A model generated the notes under the pieces. That model saw only the letters and a program-made list of their open reading frames with translations. It did no database searches and was not told the DNA's origin. This document shows, in pieces, positions 1-9,744 of a stretch of DNA of 27,877 nt. A program made the translations under genes and the position numbers. How positions within the stretch are numbered: the first letter of the stretch is position 1; each line of letters starts with the position of its first letter. The stretch is from Actinomycetota bacterium (lineage in GTDB: Bacteria > Actinomycetota > Actinomycetes > S36-B12 > UBA5976). Location: NCBI GenBank assembly GCA_947476765.1, contig CANJRK010000001.1, positions 1-27,877 of the forward strand. Direction: 5' to 3'.

Positions 1-84
1 GATGGCGCCGATGCCGCTAGATTCCTATCGGCTATCAAAGCCCGACTTGAAGAAGGCGCATTTGAAGCGGATTTGGGTCTGTAA
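1..84 (+). CDS. sucB: 3' end of dihydrolipoamide acyltransferase E2 (SucB/DlaT), partial
   Basis: Frame 1 reads DGADAARFLSAIKARLEEGAFEADLGL*, the typical C-terminus of actinobacterial E2; its position upstream of TIGR01777/lipB/lipA fits. Not in the ORF track. Confidence 0.9.
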   Translation, partial: DGADAARFLSAIKARLEEGAFEADLGL

Positions 85-126
85 TTACAACTAGCCCTAT
101 TCCCCAGTTCATAGCAAAGTAGAACC

Positions 127-1014
127 ATGCGCATTGTTATTGCAGGATCCTCCGGCCTAATCGGCACCGAGTTAGTCACGTCATTACGAAGTGATGGCCA
201 CGAAGTGATCAAGTTAGTGCGCCGCAAACCTGCTGCCTCATCTGAGGTTTACTGGAATCCTGCTGCCGGTGAGATTGATAGTTCAGCATTAGTTGGCTGC
301 GACGTGATCATTAACTTAGCTGGCGCTGGAGTTGGCGACCGAAGGTGGAGTAATAGCTACAAGGAACTGATTAGAAGTTCACGCGTTGATACGACTTCGT
401 TACTTGCGGAAACAGCAGCTGACCTAAAACTAAAGGTTTTTATCGCGGGCAGTGCCATTGGTTGGTATGGCGATACTGCTGACCGACAAGTAGATGAAAC
501 TTCACCTGCAGGTGACGGATTCTTAGCTGAAGTTGTAGTGGCTTGGGAAGCTGCGTCGAAACCAGCTCGGGACGCTGGCGTTCGGGTAGTAAACATCCGG
601 ACGGGCTTAGTGGCTTCCAAGCATGGCGGCGCCTGGGCCAAACTGTTGCCCATTTTTAAGTTAGGAGCTGGCGGAAAATTGGGTTCCGGGAAACAGTATT
701 GGTCATTCATCTCAATGCGAGATGAAATTGCAGCGATCAAGTTCTTAATTGACTCACCAAACATTTCTGGACCAGTGAATTTAACTGCTCCCCAGCCGGC
801 AACTAACGCAGAAGTAACAAAGGCCATGGCAAAAGTATTTAGACGGCCAGCACTTTTTCCAGTTCCGGCTTTTGCCCTCAAGACCGTACTTGGCGAATTT
901 TCCCAAGAAGTATTAGGTAGCTCGCGCGTGATTCCAAAGGTGTTGCTCGATAACGGATTTAAGTTCGCTGACCCTGATATTGAAAGTGCGATGCGCACTT
1001 TGGCTACCAAGTAG
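127..1014 (+). CDS. TIGR01777-family NAD(P)-dependent epimerase/oxidoreductase
   Basis: N-terminal IVIAGSSGLIG Rossmann motif, NLAG, SAIGWYG, GSGKQYWSFI, GPVNLTAP. Confidence 0.9.
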   Translation: MRIVIAGSSGLIGTELVTSLRSDGHEVIKLVRRKPAASSEVYWNPAAGEIDSSALVGCDVIINLAGAGVGDRRWSNSYKELIRSSRVDTTSLLAETAADLKLKVFIAGSAIGWYGDTADRQVDETSPAGDGFLAEVVVAWEAASKPARDAGVRVVNIRTGLVASKHGGAWAKLLPIFKLGAGGKLGSGKQYWSFISMRDEIAAIKFLIDSPNISGPVNLTAPQPATNAEVTKAMAKVFRRPALFPVPAFALKTVLGEFSQEVLGSSRVIPKVLLDNGFKFADPDIESAMRTLATK

Positions 1015-1018
1015 TGCA

Positions 1019-2290
1019 ATGTCGCAGATCCCCCAAAAAACTGACGTAGTTGTCATTGGTGCTGGGCTAGCGGGACTTGCTGCTGCCCGGCGCTTAACTA
1101 TTGCCGGGCGGGAAGTTTGTGTAATCGATGCTGGTGATGATATCGGAGGCCGAGTGCGCACCGATCAAGTCGATGGGCTGTTATTAGATCGTGGCTTCCA
1201 GCTCTATAACCCTTCATATGACGAGGGCCTGAGTGTTTTAGATCTAAAGTCCCTAGATATTCAGAGTTTTTCCCCTGGTGTGATCGTTTCAATTGATGGC
1301 CGTAGCTATAAATTGGCTGATCCTAAACGGGAACCATCTTGGGCCGTTGATAGTTTGCTAGCGCCCGTTGGAAAAATCTCGGTGAAATTGAAATTTGCTA
1401 AGTATGCACTTGGATTAGCGATATCTAAATCGAGCTCGACTGGGTATGACCAGCGCACTGATGCTTTCTTGCGGGCTAAATTTGGCAAAGATTTGACGGA
1501 AAAAGTTTTGCGTCCATTCTTGGCTGGAGTATTTCTGGAACCAGACTTAGCAACTTCCAAGCGTTTTCTCGATATAACTCTAAAGTCCTTTGTTGCAGGC
1601 ACGCCAGGAGTCCCGCGCACTGGCATGCAGGCAATTCCAAGGCAGCTGGCCGCACAGTTACCTGCTGACAGTATTCGCCTGAATGTAACGGCCAGCGCAG
1701 TTGCCAGCACGATGGTGCGAACTGACCAAGGTGACATCCGATGTCGCTCCGTAGTTATTGCAACCAATGCTCGAAGTGCCAAGATTTTGGTTCCAAGTTT
1801 GCAGGTACCAAGCAGTAATTCAGTTACAACCTGGTATCACTTAGCTGATTGTGCTGGGACCGAACTAACTGATGGCAAGAGCACGCTGGTAATAGATGGT
1901 AAAAAGTTCAACGGCCACCTTGATGACCCAACTCGCCCACTTGTTAATACTGTCGTGATGACAAATGCGGCTCCTTCATACGCCACAGGTGGCCGAACTT
2001 TGATTTCTTCATCTGCATTGGGTGTTCATCATTCAAGTCAGGCAGAAAATTTAGTCAGGTCGCATTTATCGGCACTATACAAAGTTCCAACTTCGAATTG
2101 GACTCATGTGGCAACTTATCCTGTCCCTGATGCACTCCCAATGATGGCTGCGCCACATAACACCGAGCAATCAGTGCGACTATCCGATGGGGTATACATT
2201 GCTGGTGATTACCGTCAGGTTTCCTCAATTAATGGAGCTCTGGCAAGTGGTCGTCGCGCCGCCGAAGCTTTATTAGTTGATGACCTTTAG
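1019..2290 (+). CDS. FAD-dependent oxidoreductase (flavin amine oxidase / protoporphyrinogen oxidase-like)
   Basis: VVVIGAGLAGL dinucleotide motif, GGRVRT, LDRGFQ, C-terminal AGDY..SINGALASG. Start moved from 980 to the ATG at 1019, just after the upstream stop. Confidence 0.8.
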   Translation: MSQIPQKTDVVVIGAGLAGLAAARRLTIAGREVCVIDAGDDIGGRVRTDQVDGLLLDRGFQLYNPSYDEGLSVLDLKSLDIQSFSPGVIVSIDGRSYKLADPKREPSWAVDSLLAPVGKISVKLKFAKYALGLAISKSSSTGYDQRTDAFLRAKFGKDLTEKVLRPFLAGVFLEPDLATSKRFLDITLKSFVAGTPGVPRTGMQAIPRQLAAQLPADSIRLNVTASAVASTMVRTDQGDIRCRSVVIATNARSAKILVPSLQVPSSNSVTTWYHLADCAGTELTDGKSTLVIDGKKFNGHLDDPTRPLVNTVVMTNAAPSYATGGRTLISSSALGVHHSSQAENLVRSHLSALYKVPTSNWTHVATYPVPDALPMMAAPHNTEQSVRLSDGVYIAGDYRQVSSINGALASGRRAAEALLVDDL

Positions 2291-3009
2291 TCAATTGCTC
2301 CTGGGCGCAAAACCGTTTCTTCGACTTCACCGTTAACTAGTTCGACGCGGTAAGCATTGGCTTTTGAGTCTGGAGTATCTACTACTACTTCGATGGCATC
2401 AGTGTTTTGGTAAATTACCGCTGCATGATCATCAGTTGCATATGAGAGCGGTAAAGTTTTTGCCTGGACTAGCGAGTGCAATAGTGGGCGTCGTTGCGCC
2501 TCATTGTCATAGTGCACGCCATTTCCATATGGAATTAACGCCATACCGTTAGTGGCCGTCTCAAGTTTTGGCCCAAAGGAATCTGTTGGACCACCTATGT
2601 GCCAGCAGATTGAACCAGCGCTGACACCAGCCATGACTGCGCCGCGCTCCCAAGCCGTGCGAGCTGCATCCGTTACGCCATGTAACTCCCAAAGTGCCAA
2701 TAGGTTCGCAACTGAACCGCCGCCGACCCACACGAGATCAGCGCGATCAAAAGCCTGGTCAACCGGAACATTTGGTTGGGAAAACAACGCTAGGTGCTCA
2801 ACGTCGACACCCAGTCCAGAAACCGCCTGATAGCTAGTTGCCAAATAGTTTGGATTATCGCCACTGGCAGTGAGTACAAACAAAACGCGTGGTCGAGATT
2901 TGCCGGTTAGCTCCAAGGCACGCTTAAAGATTTGTCCGGGAAGCATCACACCCCAGCGGTCCGTTTGAATGAACCCGCCGCTGGAAGCAACTATGTAGCG
3001 ATTCGTCAC
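2287..3009 (-). CDS. pepE: Peptidase E (S51 family, PepE/YgaJ-like)
   Basis: VGGGSVANLL, nucleophile GVSAG, catalytic GVHY; the start overlaps the MMPL stop. Confidence 0.8.
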   Translation of the reverse strand: MTNRYIVASSGGFIQTDRWGVMLPGQIFKRALELTGKSRPRVLFVLTASGDNPNYLATSYQAVSGLGVDVEHLALFSQPNVPVDQAFDRADLVWVGGGSVANLLALWELHGVTDAARTAWERGAVMAGVSAGSICWHIGGPTDSFGPKLETATNGMALIPYGNGVHYDNEAQRRPLLHSLVQAKTLPLSYATDDHAAVIYQNTDAIEVVVDTPDSKANAYRVELVNGEVEETVLRPGAID

Positions 3010-5207
3010 GAAGTCGAAACCTTATCAGCTTCCACTAGTGGGCCTTCGCTTTTGCCAAGTTTGCTTGGCCACCAGATTTTTGCTCCGATGTCATATGAAA
3101 GCGCAGGCACTAGCAGGCTTCGAACAATGAAGGTGTCTAGTAGCACACCAAAGGCGACTGCAAAACCAAGCTCAGCCAGGAATACCAAAGGCAATGTACC
3201 AAGGACAGCAAACGTGGCAGCTAAAACCACACCTGCTGATGTAATAACGCCACCTGTGACGGTGAGCCCTTTTTTGATTCCCGGACGTGTGCCAAGTTTT
3301 TTGGCCTCCTCGCGCACTCGAGTCATCAAGAATATGTTGTAGTCAATACCAAGTGCTACCAAGAATACGAAGGTGAACAAGATGAACGAGCCATCTGTAC
3401 CAGCAAATCCAAATAGGTTCGTGAACACTAAGTGACTGATTCCTAGAGTTGCCCCGAAGGACATCACGGTTGTGATGATCAGGAGCACCGGTGCTATCAA
3501 GCTGCGAAGCAAAAGCGACAAGATAATTCCAATTACCAGAAGTGCGGTAGGAATGATTAGATTTCGATCGCTCTTATTTGTTTGCTGAATATCAAAGTTA
3601 ACTGCAGTGGAACCGCCAACCAGCGCAGTTTCACTTGCACCATGGGCAGCTTCGCGAATTGCTGGAATATAACCTTGAGATTCAACCGAATCGGCTGGCT
3701 TATCCAAGGTAACTTCGAGCTGAATTAACCCATCGATTACCACTGGTGTTGGTTCTGGGCCACCTGGAATAAATGGTGTGGTGGTTTGCTTTACTTCGAC
3801 AACACCTTTTGCTGCGGAAAGCGCCGAAATCAAGGCATCCTTATCCGATACTGGGCCAATTACGATGGTTGGGTCTCCAGAACCAGCTGGGAAATGTTCA
3901 GATAACTTTTCCAGACCAACAACGGAATCTGGATTCCCCGTAAATGCATCTGTCTGGGCCAACCCATCACTCTTTAATTGGGTAACAAATGACATGGCAA
4001 TGATCAAAAACAATCCAGAAAGGATCCAAGTGCGACGTGGTCGGCGGCCAACTAACCCAGCAACCTTAGACCAAATACCGGAAAGGTTTTCATCAACATC
4101 GTCATGCTTTGGACGCTTTGGCCAGAATATCCAGCGTCCTGCAACTACTAAAATCGCAGGTAACAGGGTAAGCATTACCAGTTGTGCGGAAATGACACCG
4201 ATTGCTGCCACGGGACCAAGTGAGCGCACTGACTTTAGATCAGATAACCCAAGAACCAAAAGCCCGGAGATAACGGTTAAACCAGATGCTGCGATCGGCT
4301 CGATAACGCCTTTCCAGGCAACCACCATGGCATCGACACGGCTGTCGTAATGGTGCAATTCTTCTCGATATCGCGCAATTAACAACAGCGCATAGTCGGT
4401 AGCCGCGCCAATAACCAAAACTGACAAAATACCTTGGGACTGACCATCCAAATCCAAAATGTTTTCTTTAGCAAGGATATAAACGATGCCACCGGCTAGT
4501 GACAGCGCGATTGTGGAACAGAATAAAGGAATAATCCAAAGTACTGGTGATCGATAAACCGCAATCAAAATCAATGCCACAACAATTAGCGTGGTCTTTA
4601 GCAAATCAGTATCAATAGAGCCAAAGCTGTCGAATAGGTCAGCCAAGATTCCACCAATGCCAGTTACATGCGATTCAAAACCCGCTACTTCACCGGCTTG
4701 AGCTCGGATGGCTTTAACAACTTCCGGAAGTGCTGGCTTTTCATTATCAAGTGGTGCTGCCAAGGCATCATTGTCTAGTGGAATTGACATCAAAATTCCA
4801 TTGCCATCTTGCGACGGAATTGGAATTAGTTGGGCGCCAGCGGCCAAATAATCTCCAACAGTGTTATTTGATCCTGCAACTGGAGCTGAAGCAACTGCAA
4901 CGCCAAAGTCCCCTACGGCTGCGATACCTGCGGCATCTGCTGGTCCGGTGAAGATAACAAGCGCAGGTAACACTGAAGTGTCTTGAGAAGTGAATTTGGT
5001 AGCCAATTCCGAAGCTTTAGTGGACTCAGCCGATGTCGGCAAGAAACCGGCATTGTCATTTTGCTGAACACTAGAGAGTTTGCCAAATAGCGGCCCCGCG
5101 ACCCCACTGATAGCAAACCAAGCAATGATTACTGCGATTGCGCCCCAAAGTAGTTTTCTGCCTTTTCGGTCAGTTTTCTTAGAACGATGGTCAGTTGTAT
5201 CAGACAT
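3006..5207 (-). CDS. MMPL-family (RND superfamily) membrane transporter
   Basis: Two halves with GAATDYALLLIARYREEL and ALGIDYNIFLMTRVREE. The start at 5207 (AAAGGG upstream) is preferred over 5240 because a TAGACT -10-like hexamer lies 1 nt before 5240. Confidence 0.9.
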   Translation of the reverse strand: MSDTTDHRSKKTDRKGRKLLWGAIAVIIAWFAISGVAGPLFGKLSSVQQNDNAGFLPTSAESTKASELATKFTSQDTSVLPALVIFTGPADAAGIAAVGDFGVAVASAPVAGSNNTVGDYLAAGAQLIPIPSQDGNGILMSIPLDNDALAAPLDNEKPALPEVVKAIRAQAGEVAGFESHVTGIGGILADLFDSFGSIDTDLLKTTLIVVALILIAVYRSPVLWIIPLFCSTIALSLAGGIVYILAKENILDLDGQSQGILSVLVIGAATDYALLLIARYREELHHYDSRVDAMVVAWKGVIEPIAASGLTVISGLLVLGLSDLKSVRSLGPVAAIGVISAQLVMLTLLPAILVVAGRWIFWPKRPKHDDVDENLSGIWSKVAGLVGRRPRRTWILSGLFLIIAMSFVTQLKSDGLAQTDAFTGNPDSVVGLEKLSEHFPAGSGDPTIVIGPVSDKDALISALSAAKGVVEVKQTTTPFIPGGPEPTPVVIDGLIQLEVTLDKPADSVESQGYIPAIREAAHGASETALVGGSTAVNFDIQQTNKSDRNLIIPTALLVIGIILSLLLRSLIAPVLLIITTVMSFGATLGISHLVFTNLFGFAGTDGSFILFTFVFLVALGIDYNIFLMTRVREEAKKLGTRPGIKKGLTVTGGVITSAGVVLAATFAVLGTLPLVFLAELGFAVAFGVLLDTFIVRSLLVPALSYDIGAKIWWPSKLGKSEGPLVEADKVSTS

Positions 5208-5307
5208 GCCAGTAAAGCCCTTTAAGTTGTTGGATGACATAAGTCTAAGTCACGTTTGATCTAAGTGCTTGCGCGGTATCCCTTGCAAACTACGGGAAAT
5301 TAGCGCC

Positions 5308-5313
5308 TAGGCT
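5308..5313 (+). promoter_or_regulatory. -10 element (TAGGCT) of a probably leaderless lipB transcript
   Basis: TANNNT hexamer 6 nt before ATG 5320; no SD motif. Confidence 0.6.
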
Positions 5314-5319
5314 GAGACT

Positions 5320-5988
5320 ATGTCGCTGGTAATCGAGTCCTTAGGCGTTGGCCTTGAACTCATTAACTACCAATCTGGTTGGGATTTGCAGCGGGATTTA
5401 CATGCTCAAGTGGTTGCCAAGACGCAACCAGACACGATCTTGCTATTGGAACATGAACCTGTCTACACAGCTGGTCGCAGAACCGAAACATTTGAACGCC
5501 CTTCTGATGGCACTCCAGTTGTTGACGTTGATCGAGGTGGGAAAATAACTTGGCATGGGCCTGGGCAGCTAGTCGGCTACCCAATTGTCCACTTGCCATC
5601 ACCGATGGATGTCGTGCCACATGTAAGAAGACTTGAAGATGTGTTGATCGGCATTTGCGCTGACTTTGGTTTAATTACTTCTCGAGTAAAGGGTCGTAGC
5701 GGCGTCTGGGTACTTGATGTTAAACAAGATCGCAAGATAGCGGCAATCGGAGTGCGTGTGGCACAAGGTGTGACAATGCACGGCTTTGCGCTTAATTGTA
5801 ATAACGACATGAACTGGTTTGACCGAATCGTTCCATGTGGCATTACAGATGCTGGCGTAACAAACTTAAGTAAGGAACTTGGTCACGATGTTTCGGTTCC
5901 AGAAGTTTTAGAAAGTGCCAGTTTGCACTTACATCGAGTCTTTGACCCAATTGCAAACATCCATTCAAATTATGTAGCTTCGCAATGA
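5320..5988 (+). CDS. lipB: Lipoyl(octanoyl) transferase
   Basis: [45 protein letters not shown]. Confidence 0.97.
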   Translation: MSLVIESLGVGLELINYQSGWDLQRDLHAQVVAKTQPDTILLLEHEPVYTAGRRTETFERPSDGTPVVDVDRGGKITWHGPGQLVGYPIVHLPSPMDVVPHVRRLEDVLIGICADFGLITSRVKGRSGVWVLDVKQDRKIAAIGVRVAQGVTMHGFALNCNNDMNWFDRIVPCGITDAGVTNLSKELGHDVSVPEVLESASLHLHRVFDPIANIHSNYVASQ

Positions 5989-6539
5989 AACGTACTGTAG
6001 CGCTTATTTTGAAAATGCTTACGATTCTCATTTTGCCAATTGCAGTAGTTTCCTTAGTAATCTCCCGAAAATCTGTGACTGGAAACGAGTACGCAGCGGT
6101 AGTTGAAATTTTGGGAACCGGAAATAAGCCAGGTGCATTACAGATATTTAGCGCGGACACTCAAACGGTTTCAAACATTCTCGACTGGATGGATACTTGG
6201 AGCTTGGCACTTCTAGTTGCGGTAATAGCGCTTGCCTTAACTGCATTTTTACTTAGCAAGGATCGAATTCGGGCCTGTCGACAATTGAGTTTGGGGCTGT
6301 TTTTTTCATTTGGCATTAGCTTTCTGGCGATTAACAAAAGTAATGATGTCTTCATTTCCGCGATTAGCGATTCCGTCTCAGACATTTCGGCAATAGTGAT
6401 GGCCACGTACCTAGCAGCGCTATCTAACTCATTGCTTAACCTAATCGGTGGCTTGGCACTGTTTTTCGCACTTACCGCACTTGCCATGTGGTTAGTCGGT
6501 TCTAGGCGCACCGTACCGCGAAATCTAACAGGCAACTAG
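5985..6539 (+). CDS. Hypothetical membrane protein (about 4 TM segments)
   Basis: 184 aa ORF with four hydrophobic stretches; ATGA overlap with the lipB stop; fills the lipB-lipA gap. Confidence 0.7.
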   Translation: MKRTVALILKMLTILILPIAVVSLVISRKSVTGNEYAAVVEILGTGNKPGALQIFSADTQTVSNILDWMDTWSLALLVAVIALALTAFLLSKDRIRACRQLSLGLFFSFGISFLAINKSNDVFISAISDSVSDISAIVMATYLAALSNSLLNLIGGLALFFALTALAMWLVGSRRTVPRNLTGN

Positions 6540-6549
6540 ACTGGCACTT

Positions 6550-7509
6550 GTGACCACGCCGTACATTGAGCAGCCTGAGGGCAAATCAGATGGCCCCAAG
6601 TTACTTCGTATTGAGGCCCGTAACTCCTTAACGCCAATTGAGCGAAAGCCAGAGTGGATCAAGACCAAATTAAAGACCGGCCCTGAGTACACCCAGATTA
6701 TGGACTTAGTTAAGTCCGAAGGCCTGCATACTGTCTGCCAAGAAGCTGGCTGTCCAAATATTTTTGAGTGTTGGGAAGATCGCGAAGCCACATTCCTGAT
6801 TGGTGGTGACCAGTGCACGCGCCGGTGTGACTTCTGTCAGATTGATACCGGTAAACCAGTTGCCCTCGATCGAGATGAACCGCGACGTGTTGCTGAATCA
6901 GTGAAAACTATGCAGCTGCGATATGCCACAGTCACAGGTGTTGCTCGAGATGACCTACCAGATGGCGGGGCTTGGCTTTATGCCGAAACAATTCGACAGA
7001 TTCACGAGGTGGTGCCAGGTTGTGGCGTAGAAATGCTTGCGCCTGACTTTGACGGGAAGCCTGATCTACTTAAAGAAGTTTTTGAATCTCAACCTGAAGT
7101 TTTTGCACACAACATTGAAACTGTTCCTCGGATCTTCAAGCGAATTCGTCCAGGTTTTCGATATGAACGCTCACTTGGCGTGATAACTGCGGCACGTGAT
7201 TTCGGATTAGTAACCAAAAGCAATTTAATTTTAGGAATGGGCGAAGAGATTCCAGAAGTCCATCAAGCACTTAATGACTTGCATGAAGCTGGCTGTGATT
7301 TGGTTACCATAACCCAATACTTGCGCCCATCATTGCGCCACCATCCCGTAGATCGCTGGGTTCGCCCCGAGGAATTTGTGGAATTAGCCAAAGTTGCTGA
7401 AGAAATCGGGTTTGCCGGCGTACTTAGCGGACCGCTAGTTCGATCATCATATCGAGCCGGAAAACTTTATAAGCAAGCCATTGCAGCTCGAAATTCTTCG
7501 AGCGTTTAA
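6550..7509 (+). CDS. lipA: Lipoyl synthase (radical SAM)
   Basis: [12 protein letters not shown] (CX4CX5C), CTRRCDFC (CX3CX2C), C-terminal RSSY; GTG start. Confidence 0.98.
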   Translation: MTTPYIEQPEGKSDGPKLLRIEARNSLTPIERKPEWIKTKLKTGPEYTQIMDLVKSEGLHTVCQEAGCPNIFECWEDREATFLIGGDQCTRRCDFCQIDTGKPVALDRDEPRRVAESVKTMQLRYATVTGVARDDLPDGGAWLYAETIRQIHEVVPGCGVEMLAPDFDGKPDLLKEVFESQPEVFAHNIETVPRIFKRIRPGFRYERSLGVITAARDFGLVTKSNLILGMGEEIPEVHQALNDLHEAGCDLVTITQYLRPSLRHHPVDRWVRPEEFVELAKVAEEIGFAGVLSGPLVRSSYRAGKLYKQAIAARNSSSV

Positions 7510-7518
7510 GGTAGTTAC

Positions 7519-8181
7519 ATGTCAGTAAAGATGCAAGAGCCAAAGAAGCAACGCTGGTACGTCCAAATAATCGAGACTTATAAGTTTGCCTCGAACGAGA
7601 TTTCATTCCTAGCGCTGCGCCTGCTTGCAGTTTTTGCAATCGTATTCGGAATTATTTTTGCAATCGGCGTTGCCGTAAATATGCCATTGTTTATCGGAAT
7701 ACTTGCATTTGGCACTTCCCTACTCGCAACAACGTTTTACTTTGGAAAAATTGCTGAGAGTGCAGCATATTCTTCAATCGATGGACAAGTTGGCGCGGCT
7801 GCTTCTGTGCTAAATGCGCTTCGTGGAGCTTGGTTTGTAACGCCAGCCGTGGGTGTAGATAAAAATCAAAACATGGTCCATCGCGTAGTCGGTCGCCCTG
7901 GCATCATTTTGGTGGGAGAAGGCAATCGTCCACACTCTCTTGTTGCCGAGCAGCGCAAGGCGCATGCAAGATACGCGCAAGGCGTTCCGATTCAAGAAAT
8001 CATTGTCGGCGAAGGTGATGTGACAATCTCCAATTTGCAAAAAACCGTAAAGAAATTAGGCAAATCACTACGACCTGCCGAAGTTACTCAGGTTCGCAAT
8101 CGCCTAAAGGCACTGCCACAAACTGCGTTGCCGATTCCAAAGGGGCCACTACCAACGAATCGAAAGGTGCCGCGACGATGA
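7519..8181 (+). CDS. DUF4191-family membrane protein
   Basis: Two N-terminal TM helices, GQVGAAASVL, HRVVGRPGIILVGEG, LPIPKGPLP; usual neighbour of lipA in Actinobacteria. Confidence 0.88.
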   Translation: MSVKMQEPKKQRWYVQIIETYKFASNEISFLALRLLAVFAIVFGIIFAIGVAVNMPLFIGILAFGTSLLATTFYFGKIAESAAYSSIDGQVGAAASVLNALRGAWFVTPAVGVDKNQNMVHRVVGRPGIILVGEGNRPHSLVAEQRKAHARYAQGVPIQEIIVGEGDVTISNLQKTVKKLGKSLRPAEVTQVRNRLKALPQTALPIPKGPLPTNRKVPRR

Positions 8182-8378
8182 ACGACTTGTTAACTGCGAT
8201 AAAGGATGCCTTCGCGCAAGTGCCGATCTCATATGCGCTAGGCGCGATTCTGGTGATTGTTTTTCTTGCCAAGAAACTGATTAAGTGGGCAATTATTTTT
8301 GCGGTCTTGATGTTTTTCGTCTTGCCATATTTAGATCAGCAAGGCTACTTAGATTCAATAAAGTCCATACTTAACTAG
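8178..8378 (+). CDS. Small hypothetical membrane protein (66 aa)
   Basis: ATGA overlap with the DUF4191 stop; two hydrophobic segments split by KKLIK. Confidence 0.65.
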   Translation: MNDLLTAIKDAFAQVPISYALGAILVIVFLAKKLIKWAIIFAVLMFFVLPYLDQQGYLDSIKSILN

Positions 8379-8389
8379 ACTTGAGTTAG

Positions 8390-9181
8390 TTACTTAACAG
8401 CTCGAGCCACGTCTCCGGCGGTCGCAATCCACACTTCATCGTGTGACTTAACAAAAGTTAAAAATCGCTCCAACATGGCAATCCGGCTTGGACGACCAAT
8501 AAATTGTGGATGCATGGTGAGCATTGTTAAGCCGCCGAGTGCACTGATTCCCGTGAATTCCTCACGCCAAATCTCTTCAACATCGCGAGCTGATCTAATG
8601 GTGCGGTTCCAGTCGCTACCGACACTGAACCAAAAGTACGGAGCGTCATCGAGCATCCATTGAACAGGTAACTCCACTAACTTGTGTGATGCGTGCACGT
8701 AGGGCTTAATGTCATCCATCATGCTTGAGGAATATTCGAAGCCATGTTCGATCAGTAAGTCGAAAGTATTTGGGCTGACTTCCCAGGATGGGGATCGATA
8801 ACCTGTAACTGAAACACCGAACTGTTCTAGGGCCGCTTTTCCTTCAATTAACTCAGCGAGCTCTTGCTCTTTAGTTAATTTTGTTGGTGAAGTATGGGTG
8901 TACCCATGATGGCCAAGCTCATGTCCATGTGCCACAATCTCGCGCATCTGATCGGGATAGCGTTGCGCAACTTTGCCGGGCGTGAAAAATGTAGCTGGCA
9001 AACCTAAGTGATCCAGCACATCGAGAATTAGACCAAGTCCAACTTTTGCGCCATATGTTCCTTGTGACAGCACGCCTGGACGATTAACGTTGTCTGGGTT
9101 TTCCGCTAACCAGACTTCTTCGGCATCAAAGTCAAAACTAATTACGAACGCACTGGTTTTACCAGCAGGTAATTCAAGCAT
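8390..9181 (-). CDS. Polysaccharide deacetylase (CE4; PuuE/HpPgdA-like)
   Basis: SFDFDAEE, HELGHHGYTH, GYRSPSW, MHPQFIGRPSR. Confidence 0.85.
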   Translation of the reverse strand: MLELPAGKTSAFVISFDFDAEEVWLAENPDNVNRPGVLSQGTYGAKVGLGLILDVLDHLGLPATFFTPGKVAQRYPDQMREIVAHGHELGHHGYTHTSPTKLTKEQELAELIEGKAALEQFGVSVTGYRSPSWEVSPNTFDLLIEHGFEYSSSMMDDIKPYVHASHKLVELPVQWMLDDAPYFWFSVGSDWNRTIRSARDVEEIWREEFTGISALGGLTMLTMHPQFIGRPSRIAMLERFLTFVKSHDEVWIATAGDVARAVK

Positions 9182-9185
9182 GGCT

Positions 9186-9659
9186 CTATCTTGCCCGTAT
9201 CACTATTGTGCCTACAGCTTTATCGTGTAACCCGCGGCCGTCACGGTCCCAAATCAGCGCGGGTACCACCAGGCAAAGCAATCCTGTTCTGGCTAAAACC
9301 TTCAATAAGCCAACCGGTCTAGTGCTTATTGATATCAGTCGAAGACCAACAATTTTGTAGCCAAATGAAGCTCCAGTGGTGGCTGTTAGCAAGAACACCT
9401 CAAGGGTAAAAATGCCAAGCGTGGCTGCACCGAAACCTGGGGAACCATAAACCAAATCAGCAAAAAGTAGATGTGTCACCAAGATTGCGGCGAACCAATC
9501 AATAGTGAGGGCCATAATCCGGCGACCCATTCGAGCCACCGATCCAATGCCTTGTTGCGGCAGTTCGAATCGCTGCCCCGGGAACCCAAAGTCGACACCC
9601 TGCTCTTCGAGCGCAGCTTTTGGCCCCGAGAGCCAGGATCCAATGTCTCTTCTATCCAC
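9186..9659 (-). CDS. RDD-family membrane protein
   Basis: [37 protein letters not shown]; conserved divergent neighbour of glnA. GTG start with TAGAGT 6 nt upstream. Confidence 0.9.
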   Translation of the reverse strand: MDRRDIGSWLSGPKAALEEQGVDFGFPGQRFELPQQGIGSVARMGRRIMALTIDWFAAILVTHLLFADLVYGSPGFGAATLGIFTLEVFLLTATTGASFGYKIVGLRLISISTRPVGLLKVLARTGLLCLVVPALIWDRDGRGLHDKAVGTIVIRAR

Positions 9660-9706
9660 GCTTTAACTCTAAGTCCAAGTTAATTTTGGCGCTCATGGGG
9701 CGGGCT

Positions 9707-9744
9707 GTAACAATGCCGAAACACTCGGGACACGGCTTTGAAAC
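9707..9744 (+). promoter_or_regulatory. GlnR binding site (two tandem a-b boxes)
   Basis: GTAAC-n6-GAAAC-n6-GACAC-n6-GAAAC matches the actinobacterial consensus gTnAc-n6-GaAAc; a TACGGT -10 follows at 9755-9760. Confidence 0.85.

Noticed and set aside
357-1019. 220-aa antisense ORF and the many other overlapping ORFs in the track (e.g. 1306-1782, 3778-4350, 19510-19950, 23046-23375)
   Set aside because: They lie antisense or out of frame to well-supported genes and have no recognisable motifs; shadow ORFs.
2287-3009. S51 peptidase as cyanophycinase
   Set aside because: The motifs fit PepE/YgaJ-type dipeptidases better, and no cyanophycin genes are nearby.
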